Virus record (IMG/VR): IMGVR_UViG_3300013981_000002
DNA length: 20,000 nt
Reading direction: 5' to 3' (one strand)
Source of the DNA: an uncultured virus (IMG/VR IMGVR_UViG_3300013981_000002)
Taxonomy: Duplodnaviria > Heunggongvirae > Uroviricota > Caudoviricetes > Autographiviridae
The first letter of the stretch is position 1. Every line of letters begins with the position of its first letter. Shown here in pieces: positions 8,023-15,855 of the stretch. The translations under genes and the position numbers were made by a program. Under the pieces are notes generated by a model. That model was given only the letters and a program-made list of their open reading frames with translations, made no database searches and was not told the origin of the DNA.

Positions 8023-8843
8023 AGCTTCACTTCCTTGGTCTTGGGGTTGTAGTCGCCGTAGCGCAGGATTCGCGCGAGGCGTGCTTGGCGGATCGCATCG
8101 TGCTTCGACAGCGGCTCGGTGCCGCCGCGGGGGATGCGGGTGGTGTAGGTGGTGACGACGGTGTTCCACAGCGCGCCGAGGTGCTCCTCGACGGACGCAT
8201 CGCGGTACGCCTCGTGGATGGGCATGAGCAGCTCATCCGCGCCCTTGTGGCCGATGCCGGGGAAGCCGGGGTAGTTGTCCACCTGGTCACCCGTGAGCAC
8301 CTGCTTCATCCAGAACAGGTCAGCGTCGTGAGCCGAGATTGGCCGGACGCCCACGTCGGGACGGTTGGGGTTGTAGAGACGGATGCCGGGGATCGTCTGC
8401 ATGTCCTTGTCGATGGACACGACGATGCGGCTGCCTGGCGCGCGCTTCGGATTCGGGTGCGAGGCCAGCAGCCCCAGCACGTCGTCACCTTCCAGGTTCT
8501 CGATCTCCACGATCTTGTCGCCGAACTCGTCGTAGACGAACTCGTCGAGCACGTACCACAGGGCAGGCTTGTCCTTGCTGGCACGGTTGAGCTTGTAGGT
8601 CGGGTCGATGTCCTTGCGGAAGTTGTGCTTCTTGCAGGACAGGGCCAGCAGGTAATCACGCGCGCCGAACTTCTCGACGATCTCGTCGATGTAGTCCTCC
8701 AGCTTCGCCTTCGCGCGCTCGGGCTGGATCGCTTCGACCTTGTTGCCGTCGCCGTTCCAGTCGATGTTCGCGGTGTTCGAGAACGCGAGCTGGTAGCGCA
8801 GCACATCGGCGTCGATCAGTAGCAGGGGGCCGCGCTTGTTCAT
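8010..8843 (-). CDS. 5'-3' exonuclease (T7 gp6-like)
   Basis: 277 aa from MNKRG (ATGA overlap). LLIDAD, NFRK.I.P.YK.NR, LEGDD.LG, SIDKD..TIPG and GD.VDNYPGFPGIG motifs. Confidence 0.93.
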   Translation of the reverse strand: MNKRGPLLLIDADVLRYQLAFSNTANIDWNGDGNKVEAIQPERAKAKLEDYIDEIVEKFGARDYLLALSCKKHNFRKDIDPTYKLNRASKDKPALWYVLDEFVYDEFGDKIVEIENLEGDDVLGLLASHPNPKRAPGSRIVVSIDKDMQTIPGIRLYNPNRPDVGVRPISAHDADLFWMKQVLTGDQVDNYPGFPGIGHKGADELLMPIHEAYRDASVEEHLGALWNTVVTTYTTRIPRGGTEPLSKHDAIRQARLARILRYGDYNPKTKEVKLWKP

Positions 8844-8989
8844 GCGTCCACCCACTGCCATCCCAGGAACGCCAGCGCGAACCAGCGGTGCAGCCAGTTC
8901 GGACGCTCCCGGACCTGCACGAAGAAGTTGCCGCCAATGACCCAGGAACCGGCCGCCTGCGGTGGCCGATAGGTGACGTAGGAAGTCAT
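8840..8989 (-). CDS. Small Trp-rich hypothetical protein (49 aa)
   Basis: Manual translation MTSYVTYRPPQAAGSWVIGGNFFVQVRERPNWLHRWFALAFLGWQWVDA. ATGA overlaps at both ends. Confidence 0.7.
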   Translation of the reverse strand: MTSYVTYRPPQAAGSWVIGGNFFVQVRERPNWLHRWFALAFLGWQWVDA

Positions 8990-9297
8990 GGCCGCTTCTC
9001 CGGGTGGCGCTCATACCACGCCTGTAGCTCGGCGGCGTAGCGCTTCATTCCGGCCTGGTACTCCGGGCCGTCGCCGAGCGGGTACTCGTGCTCGTCGCAC
9101 ACGAAGTCGGTGGTCGGGATGGTGTACGGAATCTGCGTGCAGGAGTTCCCCGTACACATCGACTGCCACATGATGATGTAGGAGTTCTCGCTGTGCCCTT
9201 TCAGGCACGAGCCATAGTCCGCACTCGGCGGCCAGGGCTTCATATCGCACGCAGCGAGGCCAGCACACAGCGCCAGGATCAGGAGAGCGCGCTTCAT
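8986..9297 (-). CDS. Predicted lipoprotein (103 aa)
   Basis: Signal peptide II MKRALLILALCAGLAA-C, with four more Cys in the mature part. ATGA overlap with the upstream gene. Confidence 0.8.
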   Translation of the reverse strand: MKRALLILALCAGLAACDMKPWPPSADYGSCLKGHSENSYIIMWQSMCTGNSCTQIPYTIPTTDFVCDEHEYPLGDGPEYQAGMKRYAAELQAWYERHPEKRP

Positions 9298-9542
9298 ACC
9301 ATGCTCTCGTGTACGGCGACCCAGCACTTCTCGCTAACGCGGCGGATGAAGTAGGTCGCGGTGCTCCACTCCACGGGGCGCAGCATGCGCTCGGTGCAGC
9401 ACGGGCACTTGGCGTTGTAGGCATGAACCTCGGGCTGGTGTTCGAGCACAGCCACGCGGTAGGTGGTACACGGATCGATCACGCGGACATCGCCGTCAGC
9501 GGGGCCGCCAATGAAATGCACGCGAAGCCGGTTCTCGTTCAT
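9294..9542 (-). CDS. Hypothetical protein (82 aa) with GGP.DG motif and CPCC
   Basis: MNENRLRVHFIGGPADG... with ATGA overlaps at both ends. Confidence 0.7.
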   Translation of the reverse strand: MNENRLRVHFIGGPADGDVRVIDPCTTYRVAVLEHQPEVHAYNAKCPCCTERMLRPVEWSTATYFIRRVSEKCWVAVHESMV

Positions 9543-9802
9543 CGGTTCGATTCCTTGAGGACTTCCAAGGCGCTCGCTTTGTCGGCGTTGCAACGCTGGA
9601 GGCCGTCCTCGGCGTTGCCGCCGAAGCGGTAGAGGTCGTAGGTGGTGGTGGTCGGGTCAGCCATCACGGCGTCGAGTGAGGAGTGCGTGCCCTCAATGAC
9701 GGTCGGCTGGAGGAACTGCTCCGGCACGACTTTCGAGGTGTGCGCGGCGCAGCTCGTCAGGAATGCGGCGAGACAGGTAATCGCCAGTTTCCGGGTCAGC
9801 AT
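9539..9802 (-). CDS. o-spanin (Rz1-like lipoprotein, 87 aa)
   Basis: MLTRKLAITCLAAFLTS-C lipobox and C-terminal LQRCNADK motif. Starts inside the i-spanin gene in another frame, with GGAG upstream. Confidence 0.8.
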   Translation of the reverse strand: MLTRKLAITCLAAFLTSCAAHTSKVVPEQFLQPTVIEGTHSSLDAVMADPTTTTYDLYRFGGNAEDGLQRCNADKASALEVLKESNR

Positions 9803-10058
9803 TTGCTGCAATCTCCACAGAGCGGTTGGTGGTGGCGCGGGCGTTCCGCAGCGCTGCATCGAAGGCAGAGCGGCGCACGGCTTCGCGGTTGAGGGTCTCG
9901 ACGGTCTGCTTGAGGTCGGCCAGTTCCTTTGCCGACTCCTCCAGCTCCGTCACGCGCTGGGCCATTGCGGTGTACTTCCAGGCTGCGAAGCCGCCAGCCG
10001 CGAGCGCGGCAACGACCAGCAGCGCCGCGAGGGCGCGCAGGATGTTGGTTGGGTTCAT
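9693..10058 (-). CDS. i-spanin (Rz-like)
   Basis: N-terminal TM helix, coiled coil and C-terminal YLSRRIPDEL. Overlapped by a lipoprotein ORF. Confidence 0.8.
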   Translation of the reverse strand: MNPTNILRALAALLVVAALAAGGFAAWKYTAMAQRVTELEESAKELADLKQTVETLNREAVRRSAFDAALRNARATTNRSVEIAANADPETGDYLSRRIPDELRRAHLESRAGAVPPADRH

Positions 10059-10378
10059 CGGTTCTCTTGGACGTAACAGGCGACTCGCAGAAGCTCCGAG
10101 GGAGTCGCGTCGGACTTGATCTGATTCGCGCGTGCGGAGATCACGCGCACGTTGCCCCGGACGTAGCCGAGGTCAGGTTCGATGCGGTCGAGCGTGGGTG
10201 AGTTGGGGCCTTGGGCCTTGCGCCCGACAGCGCGGTACAGCGGGATGCCCAGCGCCGGGCAGAAGTCGGGGACCGCGATGTCGTCCGACGTGAGGTCGAA
10301 CGGCAGTCCCTTTCTTGCTGCCCGGCGTTTCGCTTGGCGCACCAGGGCGAGTGCAATGTCCCGCTTGCCGCGGATCAG
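10055..10378 (-). CDS. HNH-like (beta-beta-alpha) endonuclease
   Basis: AKRRA..KGLPFDLT, CP.LG, PTLDRIEPDLGYVRGNVRVIS.RAN.IK motifs. Start uncertain (CTG 10378 or TTG 10393). Confidence 0.75.
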   Translation of the reverse strand: MIRGKRDIALALVRQAKRRAARKGLPFDLTSDDIAVPDFCPALGIPLYRAVGRKAQGPNSPTLDRIEPDLGYVRGNVRVISARANQIKSDATPSELLRVACYVQENR

Positions 10379-12213
10379 TGCGTCTCCGCCCAATTCCTTC
10401 CGATCTTGAACTCGCCATCGAGCGGACAGCGGAAGCCGAAGTGGTCGCCAGCTTTGCGGATGGCGGCCTGGGCGGTCTTGCCCACGAACTCGGCCTTGTC
10501 CTCGTCCACTTCGATCTGCCACTCATCGTGGACGTTGGCGAGGAACTCGTAGTGGACGCCCGGCACCAGCCCTGCGGCTTGCAGGTCGGCGTCGAGGATC
10601 ACCAGCGCCTTCTTCATCACCAGCGCACCGGCCGACTGGAGCAGGGTGTTGAGCGCAGCGTGGTCGCTGCGGATGTGCAGCTTCCGACCGTCGAGGCCAA
10701 TCAGGTATCCCTTTTCGGCCGCGCGCTTCTTGACCCCGCGCACCAGCTTCTCCAGCGCAGGCAGTCCGGCCAGGAACTTCGAGCGGAGCTTCGCGCCGGC
10801 CTGTCGTCCCTTGCCCACGATGGAGCCGAGCTTCGCGTCGCCTGCCCCGTAGAGGAAGGCGTAGATGAAGGTCTTGGCGTTGTCGCGGGTGGGCAGTCCA
10901 GCCGCCGCCTGGTTGACCGAGTGGATGTCGCCTTCGAGGATGACTTTGGCGTACTCACCGCCATCGTGCTTCGCCATGAAGTGCGCCAGGCAGCGCAGCT
11001 CCAGCCCCGAGGCGTCCGCGCCGACCTGGAGCTTCCCTGTCGGGACGCAGAACAGAGAGCGGCATTCCTTGCCGTAGGGCACGCCGCACTTCGGCACCTG
11101 GGCGATGTTCGGCTTAGAGTGCGTCATGCGGCCGGTCACCGCCGCGTTCTGATTCACGCTGCCGTGGATTCGGCCATCTTTCTTGATGGCCTTGAGCCAT
11201 GCCTCGTCGCCCTCGGCAAGCTGGCCGAGACGCTTGTTGACGATGAAGTGCTCCAGCAGGAGCGGGATGATCGGGAACTTGAGCGCGCCCAGGACATCTT
11301 CGTCGATCTTCGGCTGGCCCTTCTCGGTGAACTCCTGCGGTTGCCAGCCATACATCGCGGTCAAGCGGTCAGCGATGTGCTGGCGACTCGCCGGGTTGAA
11401 CACAACGTCCTTGTAGGTCGTGACCTCCACGCCCTTGACGTAGCCGCGGCGCTTGTCGTCGCGCTTCGGTACGAACTTGCGCTTCACCACCTTCCACGGC
11501 GGGATGACCTTGCGCAGCTCGGCCTCCAGCGCGGTGCGCCGGGACACGAGGACGCACTCCAGCTCGCGTGCCTTCTCCTGATCGAACAGGTAGCCGTAGC
11601 GCTGCTGACGCGAGAGGATCGGCGCGACGGCCTGCTCCAGCTCAATGGCCTCGGTTGGGAGGCCCTTGCTCATCAGCAATGCGAACAGGGCTTGGGTGAC
11701 CGCAACGTCCTGGTCGCAGTAGTCGTCCATTTCCTGAGACCACTGCGCCCAGGGGTCGAGGCCGCGTGCGACCATCTGCGCCGCGTAGTCGCCTTTCCAG
11801 CGACCGAGGCGGTAGCCCCATGCTTCGAGGGAATGGCGGCCGATCAGCTTGCCCGGCAACACCGGGTTCGCTCCCTGCTTCTTGCGGGCTTTGAAGTCGC
11901 GGTCCTTGAGGTCCGGGTAGACCAGCGTGGACATCAGCAGCGTGTCGAAGTACGCCTGGACCTTGAAGTCCGGGAACACCTTGGCGATAGCCGGAATGTC
12001 GAATCCGGCGATGTTGTGGCCGACAACGCGCGTGGCCTTCTTGAGCCTCTCGACGGCCTGACGGACTGTCATTTCGCCCGTGCCGTGATCGTTGGCGGAC
12101 AAGATGGGACCGCGCGGTGCGCCGGTCTCATCTACCTCTTGGAGGGAAATGCAGTGGATCGTGTCAAGTTCGTCGAGGAGGCCATTGGTCTCGCAGTCGA
12201 ATACGAGGATCAA
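10375..12213 (-). CDS. DNA polymerase family A with 3'-5' exonuclease (T7 gp5-like)
   Basis: FDCETNG, GHNIAGFD, HSLEAWG, TGRMTH, DASGLELRCLAH, RDNAKTFIYAFLYG and VHDEWQ motifs. TTG start with GGAGG SD. Confidence 0.97.
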   Translation of the reverse strand: MILVFDCETNGLLDELDTIHCISLQEVDETGAPRGPILSANDHGTGEMTVRQAVERLKKATRVVGHNIAGFDIPAIAKVFPDFKVQAYFDTLLMSTLVYPDLKDRDFKARKKQGANPVLPGKLIGRHSLEAWGYRLGRWKGDYAAQMVARGLDPWAQWSQEMDDYCDQDVAVTQALFALLMSKGLPTEAIELEQAVAPILSRQQRYGYLFDQEKARELECVLVSRRTALEAELRKVIPPWKVVKRKFVPKRDDKRRGYVKGVEVTTYKDVVFNPASRQHIADRLTAMYGWQPQEFTEKGQPKIDEDVLGALKFPIIPLLLEHFIVNKRLGQLAEGDEAWLKAIKKDGRIHGSVNQNAAVTGRMTHSKPNIAQVPKCGVPYGKECRSLFCVPTGKLQVGADASGLELRCLAHFMAKHDGGEYAKVILEGDIHSVNQAAAGLPTRDNAKTFIYAFLYGAGDAKLGSIVGKGRQAGAKLRSKFLAGLPALEKLVRGVKKRAAEKGYLIGLDGRKLHIRSDHAALNTLLQSAGALVMKKALVILDADLQAAGLVPGVHYEFLANVHDEWQIEVDEDKAEFVGKTAQAAIRKAGDHFGFRCPLDGEFKIGRNWAETH

Positions 12214-12225
12214 CGGCGGTCCTCC

Positions 12226-12876
12226 TTACGGGTAGCCGTGGTTGGTTACGGGGATTGCGCGGACGCGGCGGCGGGCGCGGAGGATGTACTCCGGCTCGGG
12301 GGCCTTCGGCGGCGTGTGGACGCCCTGCGGCGCGTGGCCGGGGAAGTCGTCGTCCTCGAAGAGTTCGCCCTGCTCGGGCTGGTCGGGATGCAGCGTGTAG
12401 CCGTAGTCCTCGACGTAGTGCGTGATGCGGCGGATGGTGCGCTCGGTGCCGTTGTTGTTCAGCACGAACAGCAGCTTCTCCGATGCGTCGGCAACCGCGC
12501 CTTCGAGGGATACGACCACCACCTCGTCGGTGCTGGGTTCGTAGATGGCGACATGGGCGCAGCACCGCAGATCGAACCGGGCGCAGTGCTCGTGCGGCGT
12601 ACCAAACTCGAAGCCGATCAGGCTCACGAGGTGACCCTCGGGCGAGCGGAAGTTGCGGATGCCGTTCGGAGCGGCCTCGCTGGTCCAGTCGCTACGGCCG
12701 CTCAGGTACGCGGCCACGTAGGTGTAGCTCGCAAGTGACACGAAGAAGCAGTCGATGTCCTTGATTTCGGTCCCGTCGTAGAACGCGCGCAGGCTTCCGC
12801 CACCCAGGATCACCAGGTGGCGGACTTCGGCCGGCAACACGTCGAACAGGGACCGAGCGTGTTGCTCGGCAGTCAT
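12226..12876 (-). CDS. Nucleotidyltransferase (pol-beta superfamily, CCA/poly(A) polymerase head-like)
   Basis: GGGSLR...KDIDCF signature and downstream RFDL. SD AAGGGA. Confidence 0.7.
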   Translation of the reverse strand: MTAEQHARSLFDVLPAEVRHLVILGGGSLRAFYDGTEIKDIDCFFVSLASYTYVAAYLSGRSDWTSEAAPNGIRNFRSPEGHLVSLIGFEFGTPHEHCARFDLRCCAHVAIYEPSTDEVVVVSLEGAVADASEKLLFVLNNNGTERTIRRITHYVEDYGYTLHPDQPEQGELFEDDDFPGHAPQGVHTPPKAPEPEYILRARRRVRAIPVTNHGYP

Positions 12877-12886
12877 GGTTGGTCCC

Positions 12887-13135
12887 TTAGCGGATCAGGT
12901 TGGTGAAGCGCTCGGCGACGCGCAGGGCGCGCTCGGCTTCTTCCTCGTGCTCGTCGGCCTGCGAGTGCAGGACATCGGCCTTGTCGCGCAGCGTCGAGGC
13001 GGTGGCGATGCGGTCGGCGCTGATCTTGAACAGCTTGTCCACCTGGCCCTCCAGAACCTTCACCACGTCGGTCACGGTGTCCTTGCGGAACGGAGCGGTC
13101 AGCAGGTCGATTGCGATTGCGACGATCTCTTTCAT
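12887..13135 (-). CDS. Helical/coiled-coil hypothetical protein (82 aa; positionally gp4.3-like)
   Basis: SD GAGGA, ATGA overlap, Ala/Glu-rich helix. Confidence 0.7.
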   Translation of the reverse strand: MKEIVAIAIDLLTAPFRKDTVTDVVKVLEGQVDKLFKISADRIATASTLRDKADVLHSQADEHEEEAERALRVAERFTNLIR

Positions 13136-13323
13136 TGGGGTAGTTCCTCGGCTTTGATGTGGATGACCACGCGCCGCCCAGGCTTGCCGTACATGACACG
13201 GCAGGCTTGGTCGGAGCGGGGGAGTTGGTAGGGGAGAACGAGGCTCTCAGCGAAGGAGAGCGGCGCATCAGCTGGGATGAAGCCGACGACCGAGCGGCCG
13301 TCAGTAGTCGGAGGTGGATACAT
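13132..13323 (-). CDS. Hypothetical protein (about 63 aa)
   Basis: MYPPPTTDGRSVVGFIPADAPLSF... fills the gap between the helicase and the next gene. Start uncertain. Confidence 0.5.
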   Translation of the reverse strand: MYPPPTTDGRSVVGFIPADAPLSFAESLVLPYQLPRSDQACRVMYGKPGRRVVIHIKAEELPQ

Positions 13324-14932
13324 CGGATGACTCGTCGGCGAAGTCGCCGTATTCGCCCGGAGCATCTGCATTGAGCAGGCGGCCGGATGCGTGGTCGTAG
13401 CTGTAGTAGAGAACCTGGCCGTTCGACTGGCCGGTGAAGCGATCCTTGAGGACACGGAAGGTCGTGCAGTTGCGCTCGGCCTCGTTCTCGGCCTGCGTAT
13501 TGCGCTCCAGGCCAAACGCGAAGTGCGTCCAGAAGCCAATCGCGCGGCTGCCCTTGAAGTGACGGAGCATCACGCGCCCGCCTTCCTCGTGGGGCTTGCC
13601 TTCCGGCGTGGCGAGGTGCGAGACCAGGTAGATGCAGATGAGGTGGCGCTGCGCGAACTGCGCGATCTTCGCCATCGTGTCCTCCAGCATCTTCCGCTCG
13701 TCCTCGGCACCGGCCGCGAACGACGTAAGGTTGTCGAGCACGATGTGCTTGACGCCCTCGGCGACGACCATGTGGGCCATCTTGGCTTCGATCACGTCCC
13801 ACTCGGACGAGCCGAAGTGGTCGTAGATGAACACCTGGCCCTTGTCGAGAATCTCGAACGCGGCTTCCAGTTCCTCCTGCGTCCAGCTCCCATCGGGAAC
13901 GTGGAAGCGGCGGCCCGCGACCTTGCCTGCCATGCGCTTCGCCGTCTCGACCGGCTGCTGCTCCAGGAAGAACAGGCCAACACGGTCGCCGGTTTCCTGC
14001 GCGATGAAGGCTGCTTCCTCCATCAGCCAGTCGGTCTTGCCGATGCCGGTGCCCGCGCCGAAGGTGTAGACCTCGCCATACCGCTTGCCGTAGGTCAGCG
14101 CGGTGAGGCGCGGATCGTGCCAGGGCATGCCCATCGAGACGGGCTTGAGTGCCTTCTCCTTGAGGGAGCCGAACGTCACCACGCCATCGGGGCGCTTGGT
14201 CTGCGCTTCGTAGATGGCGCGAGTGATCGCCTCGGCGTCGCCGCGCTGGAGCAGCTCGTTCGGGTCTTTCGCGGGGAGCTGTGCGATCTTGGCCTTGCCG
14301 GGAGTCAGCAGCAGCGCCACTTCCTGCGCGGCGGCCTGGCCCGGTTCGTCCATATCGAACATGAGCACGACCTCGTCGAAGCCATTGACCCACTCCAGCT
14401 CGCGCTTGATGGACTTGGCTGCGGCTTGTGCCCCGTTCGGGACGGACACCACCGGCCAGCGGAGGCCGAGTGCCTGCGCCACGGAGAGCGCATCAATCTC
14501 GCCTTCGGTGATGACGAGGCGTCGCCCCGGTTCGTAGAGGTGCTGGCCGAACAGCCCGCACGCCTTCGAGTCGCCGATGAACGAGAACTTCTTGTCGGGG
14601 TAGCGGAGCTTCTGCGCGACGATGCCGCCATCGCGCTTGTAGTTGGCGATCTGCACGGTCTTGCCGTGCTTGTCCTTGCCGATCCAGTAGCCGTACTTAC
14701 GGCATGCTTCCTCAGTGATACCGCGCTTCGCCAGGGCTTGCGGTTCACCCTCCGCAAAGTCGCTCATGGTTTTCCTGCTGGTGGGTTGAGAGACCTCTTC
14801 GCCTTCGGCTGGCTCGTAGTGACCGCAGCCGAAGCAGTAGCCGTGCCCGTCGCTGTAGCGCGCAAGGTTGTCCTTGCTGCCGCAGTTCGGACACGGCTCT
14901 TTGTGGAGGTATTCGGAGTCAGCGCTTTGCAC
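13301..14932 (-). CDS. DNA primase-helicase (T7 gp4-like)
   Basis: Zn finger CPNCGSKD...YCFGC, TOPRIM ITEGEIDA and FDMDEPG, Walker A GAGTGIGKT, LVSHL and LKDRFTG. Confidence 0.97.
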   Translation of the reverse strand: MQSADSEYLHKEPCPNCGSKDNLARYSDGHGYCFGCGHYEPAEGEEVSQPTSRKTMSDFAEGEPQALAKRGITEEACRKYGYWIGKDKHGKTVQIANYKRDGGIVAQKLRYPDKKFSFIGDSKACGLFGQHLYEPGRRLVITEGEIDALSVAQALGLRWPVVSVPNGAQAAAKSIKRELEWVNGFDEVVLMFDMDEPGQAAAQEVALLLTPGKAKIAQLPAKDPNELLQRGDAEAITRAIYEAQTKRPDGVVTFGSLKEKALKPVSMGMPWHDPRLTALTYGKRYGEVYTFGAGTGIGKTDWLMEEAAFIAQETGDRVGLFFLEQQPVETAKRMAGKVAGRRFHVPDGSWTQEELEAAFEILDKGQVFIYDHFGSSEWDVIEAKMAHMVVAEGVKHIVLDNLTSFAAGAEDERKMLEDTMAKIAQFAQRHLICIYLVSHLATPEGKPHEEGGRVMLRHFKGSRAIGFWTHFAFGLERNTQAENEAERNCTTFRVLKDRFTGQSNGQVLYYSYDHASGRLLNADAPGEYGDFADESSDVSTSDY

Positions 14933-15098
14933 GCTCCACGGACCACATGCGCTTGCGGTAGGAAATGCCGAGGCGACGGTTCAGCGCACCCTTGACGGTG
15001 CGGCCCAGGCCGCGGAACGGCTTGTCGGCGCTCGCCCATGCGCGCTCGAAAGCCAGGCGCATCGCGGACGGAATGACGGTGGTGGCGGTGTTGGTCAT
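14919..15098 (-). CDS. Small basic hypothetical protein (59 aa)
   Basis: Manual translation MTNTATTVIPSAMRLAFERAWASADKPFRGLGRTVKGALNRRLGISYRKRMWSVERAKR. SD GGAG and ATGA overlap. Confidence 0.65.
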   Translation of the reverse strand: MTNTATTVIPSAMRLAFERAWASADKPFRGLGRTVKGALNRRLGISYRKRMWSVERAKR

Positions 15099-15481
15099 GC
15101 GTTCTTCTCCAGCAGGAACTTGGTGAATGCGGCGACTTCTTCGGTCGCATCGTTTGCGTCGAGGCCCAGCTCGTCGGTGCAGTAGTTGCGGTACAGCTGG
15201 AGCAGCGCATCGACGCGGTACTGCTTCGGAGCGCGGCGCGCTTCCAGGAGCGGGGCCTTGCTGCGGCGCTGACGGCGCGACAGGCGATAGCGCGTGTACC
15301 GCTGCCCCGAGGCGTCCTCGCAGGTCTGCGTTTCGATCTCGAAGCCAGTAGCACGCAGCTCATCGACGCGCGAGGCGAGGCGGCGGATGCGGTAGACGCC
15401 TTCGGCCTGCCACGAGGTCAGGTGCGAGTGGCGACGCAGGTGATCCAGGACGACCTGGGTTTGCGGGGGCAGCGGTTTCAC
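15095..15481 (-). CDS. Winged helix-turn-helix protein
   Basis: Q...VL.HL.....LT..QA...Y.I.RLASRV.ELR..G..I.T........YTRYRL pattern. SD AGGAG before GTG. Confidence 0.75.
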   Translation of the reverse strand: MKPLPPQTQVVLDHLRRHSHLTSWQAEGVYRIRRLASRVDELRATGFEIETQTCEDASGQRYTRYRLSRRQRRSKAPLLEARRAPKQYRVDALLQLYRNYCTDELGLDANDATEEVAAFTKFLLEKNA

Positions 15482-15492
15482 GTTGGGTTCTC

Positions 15493-15855
15493 CTATCGAG
15501 GGAAGTCAGGTGCCCACACGACGGGCTTGCCGTAGGCGGCGAGCAGGCGTCGCAGCGCGGCGTGTTGGGCTTCGGTGAAGTTGTCCTCGGGCTGCATGGC
15601 GTCGTTGACGCCGCCCAGGAGGCAGACTTGGTATGCGGATTGGTTGTGCTTACCGGCGAGAGCGCCGGGCTGATTTAGCGGGCGACCGTCGTAGATCGAG
15701 CCGTCACGTTCGATGACGAAGTGGACGGCGATCTTCGAGTAGCCCTGCGAGCGGTGCAGGCGTGCGAGTTCCTCGCCGGTCGTGACCTGCTCGGGGCGGG
15801 TCATGCTGGCGAGGACGAACAGCGCCTCTACCGATTCCAGAGGTTTGAGGCGCAC
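15493..15855 (-). CDS. T7 lysozyme (gp3.5, amidase-fold) homolog, apparently catalytically dead
   Basis: HFVIERDG, GR, VCLLGG and NFTEAQ..AL align to T7 lysozyme, but the Zn and catalytic residues are absent. Confidence 0.85.
   Translation of the reverse strand: MRLKPLESVEALFVLASMTRPEQVTTGEELARLHRSQGYSKIAVHFVIERDGSIYDGRPLNQPGALAGKHNQSAYQVCLLGGVNDAMQPEDNFTEAQHAALRRLLAAYGKPVVWAPDFPR

Noticed and set aside
8844..9014. N-terminal extension of the 334-aa exonuclease ORF
   Set aside because: The region is better explained by a coupled 49-aa gene, and exonuclease motifs begin at MNKRG (8843).
10315..12738. Long plus-strand ORFs (807 aa here; also 13391-14995, 17955-19601, 3312-4232, 4205-5050)
   Set aside because: Antisense shadows of well-supported minus-strand genes, expected from GC-rich codon bias, with no recognisable motifs.
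13301..13310. tcagtagtcg here and at 16277-16286, resembling the promoter core
   Set aside because: Opposite orientation and short match, explained by both proteins ending in Asp-Tyr-stop.
12873..14393. Long alternative-frame minus-strand ORFs (506 aa; also 18763-19992)
   Set aside because: Arg/Pro/Gly-rich off-frame translations overlapping the helicase and RNAP.
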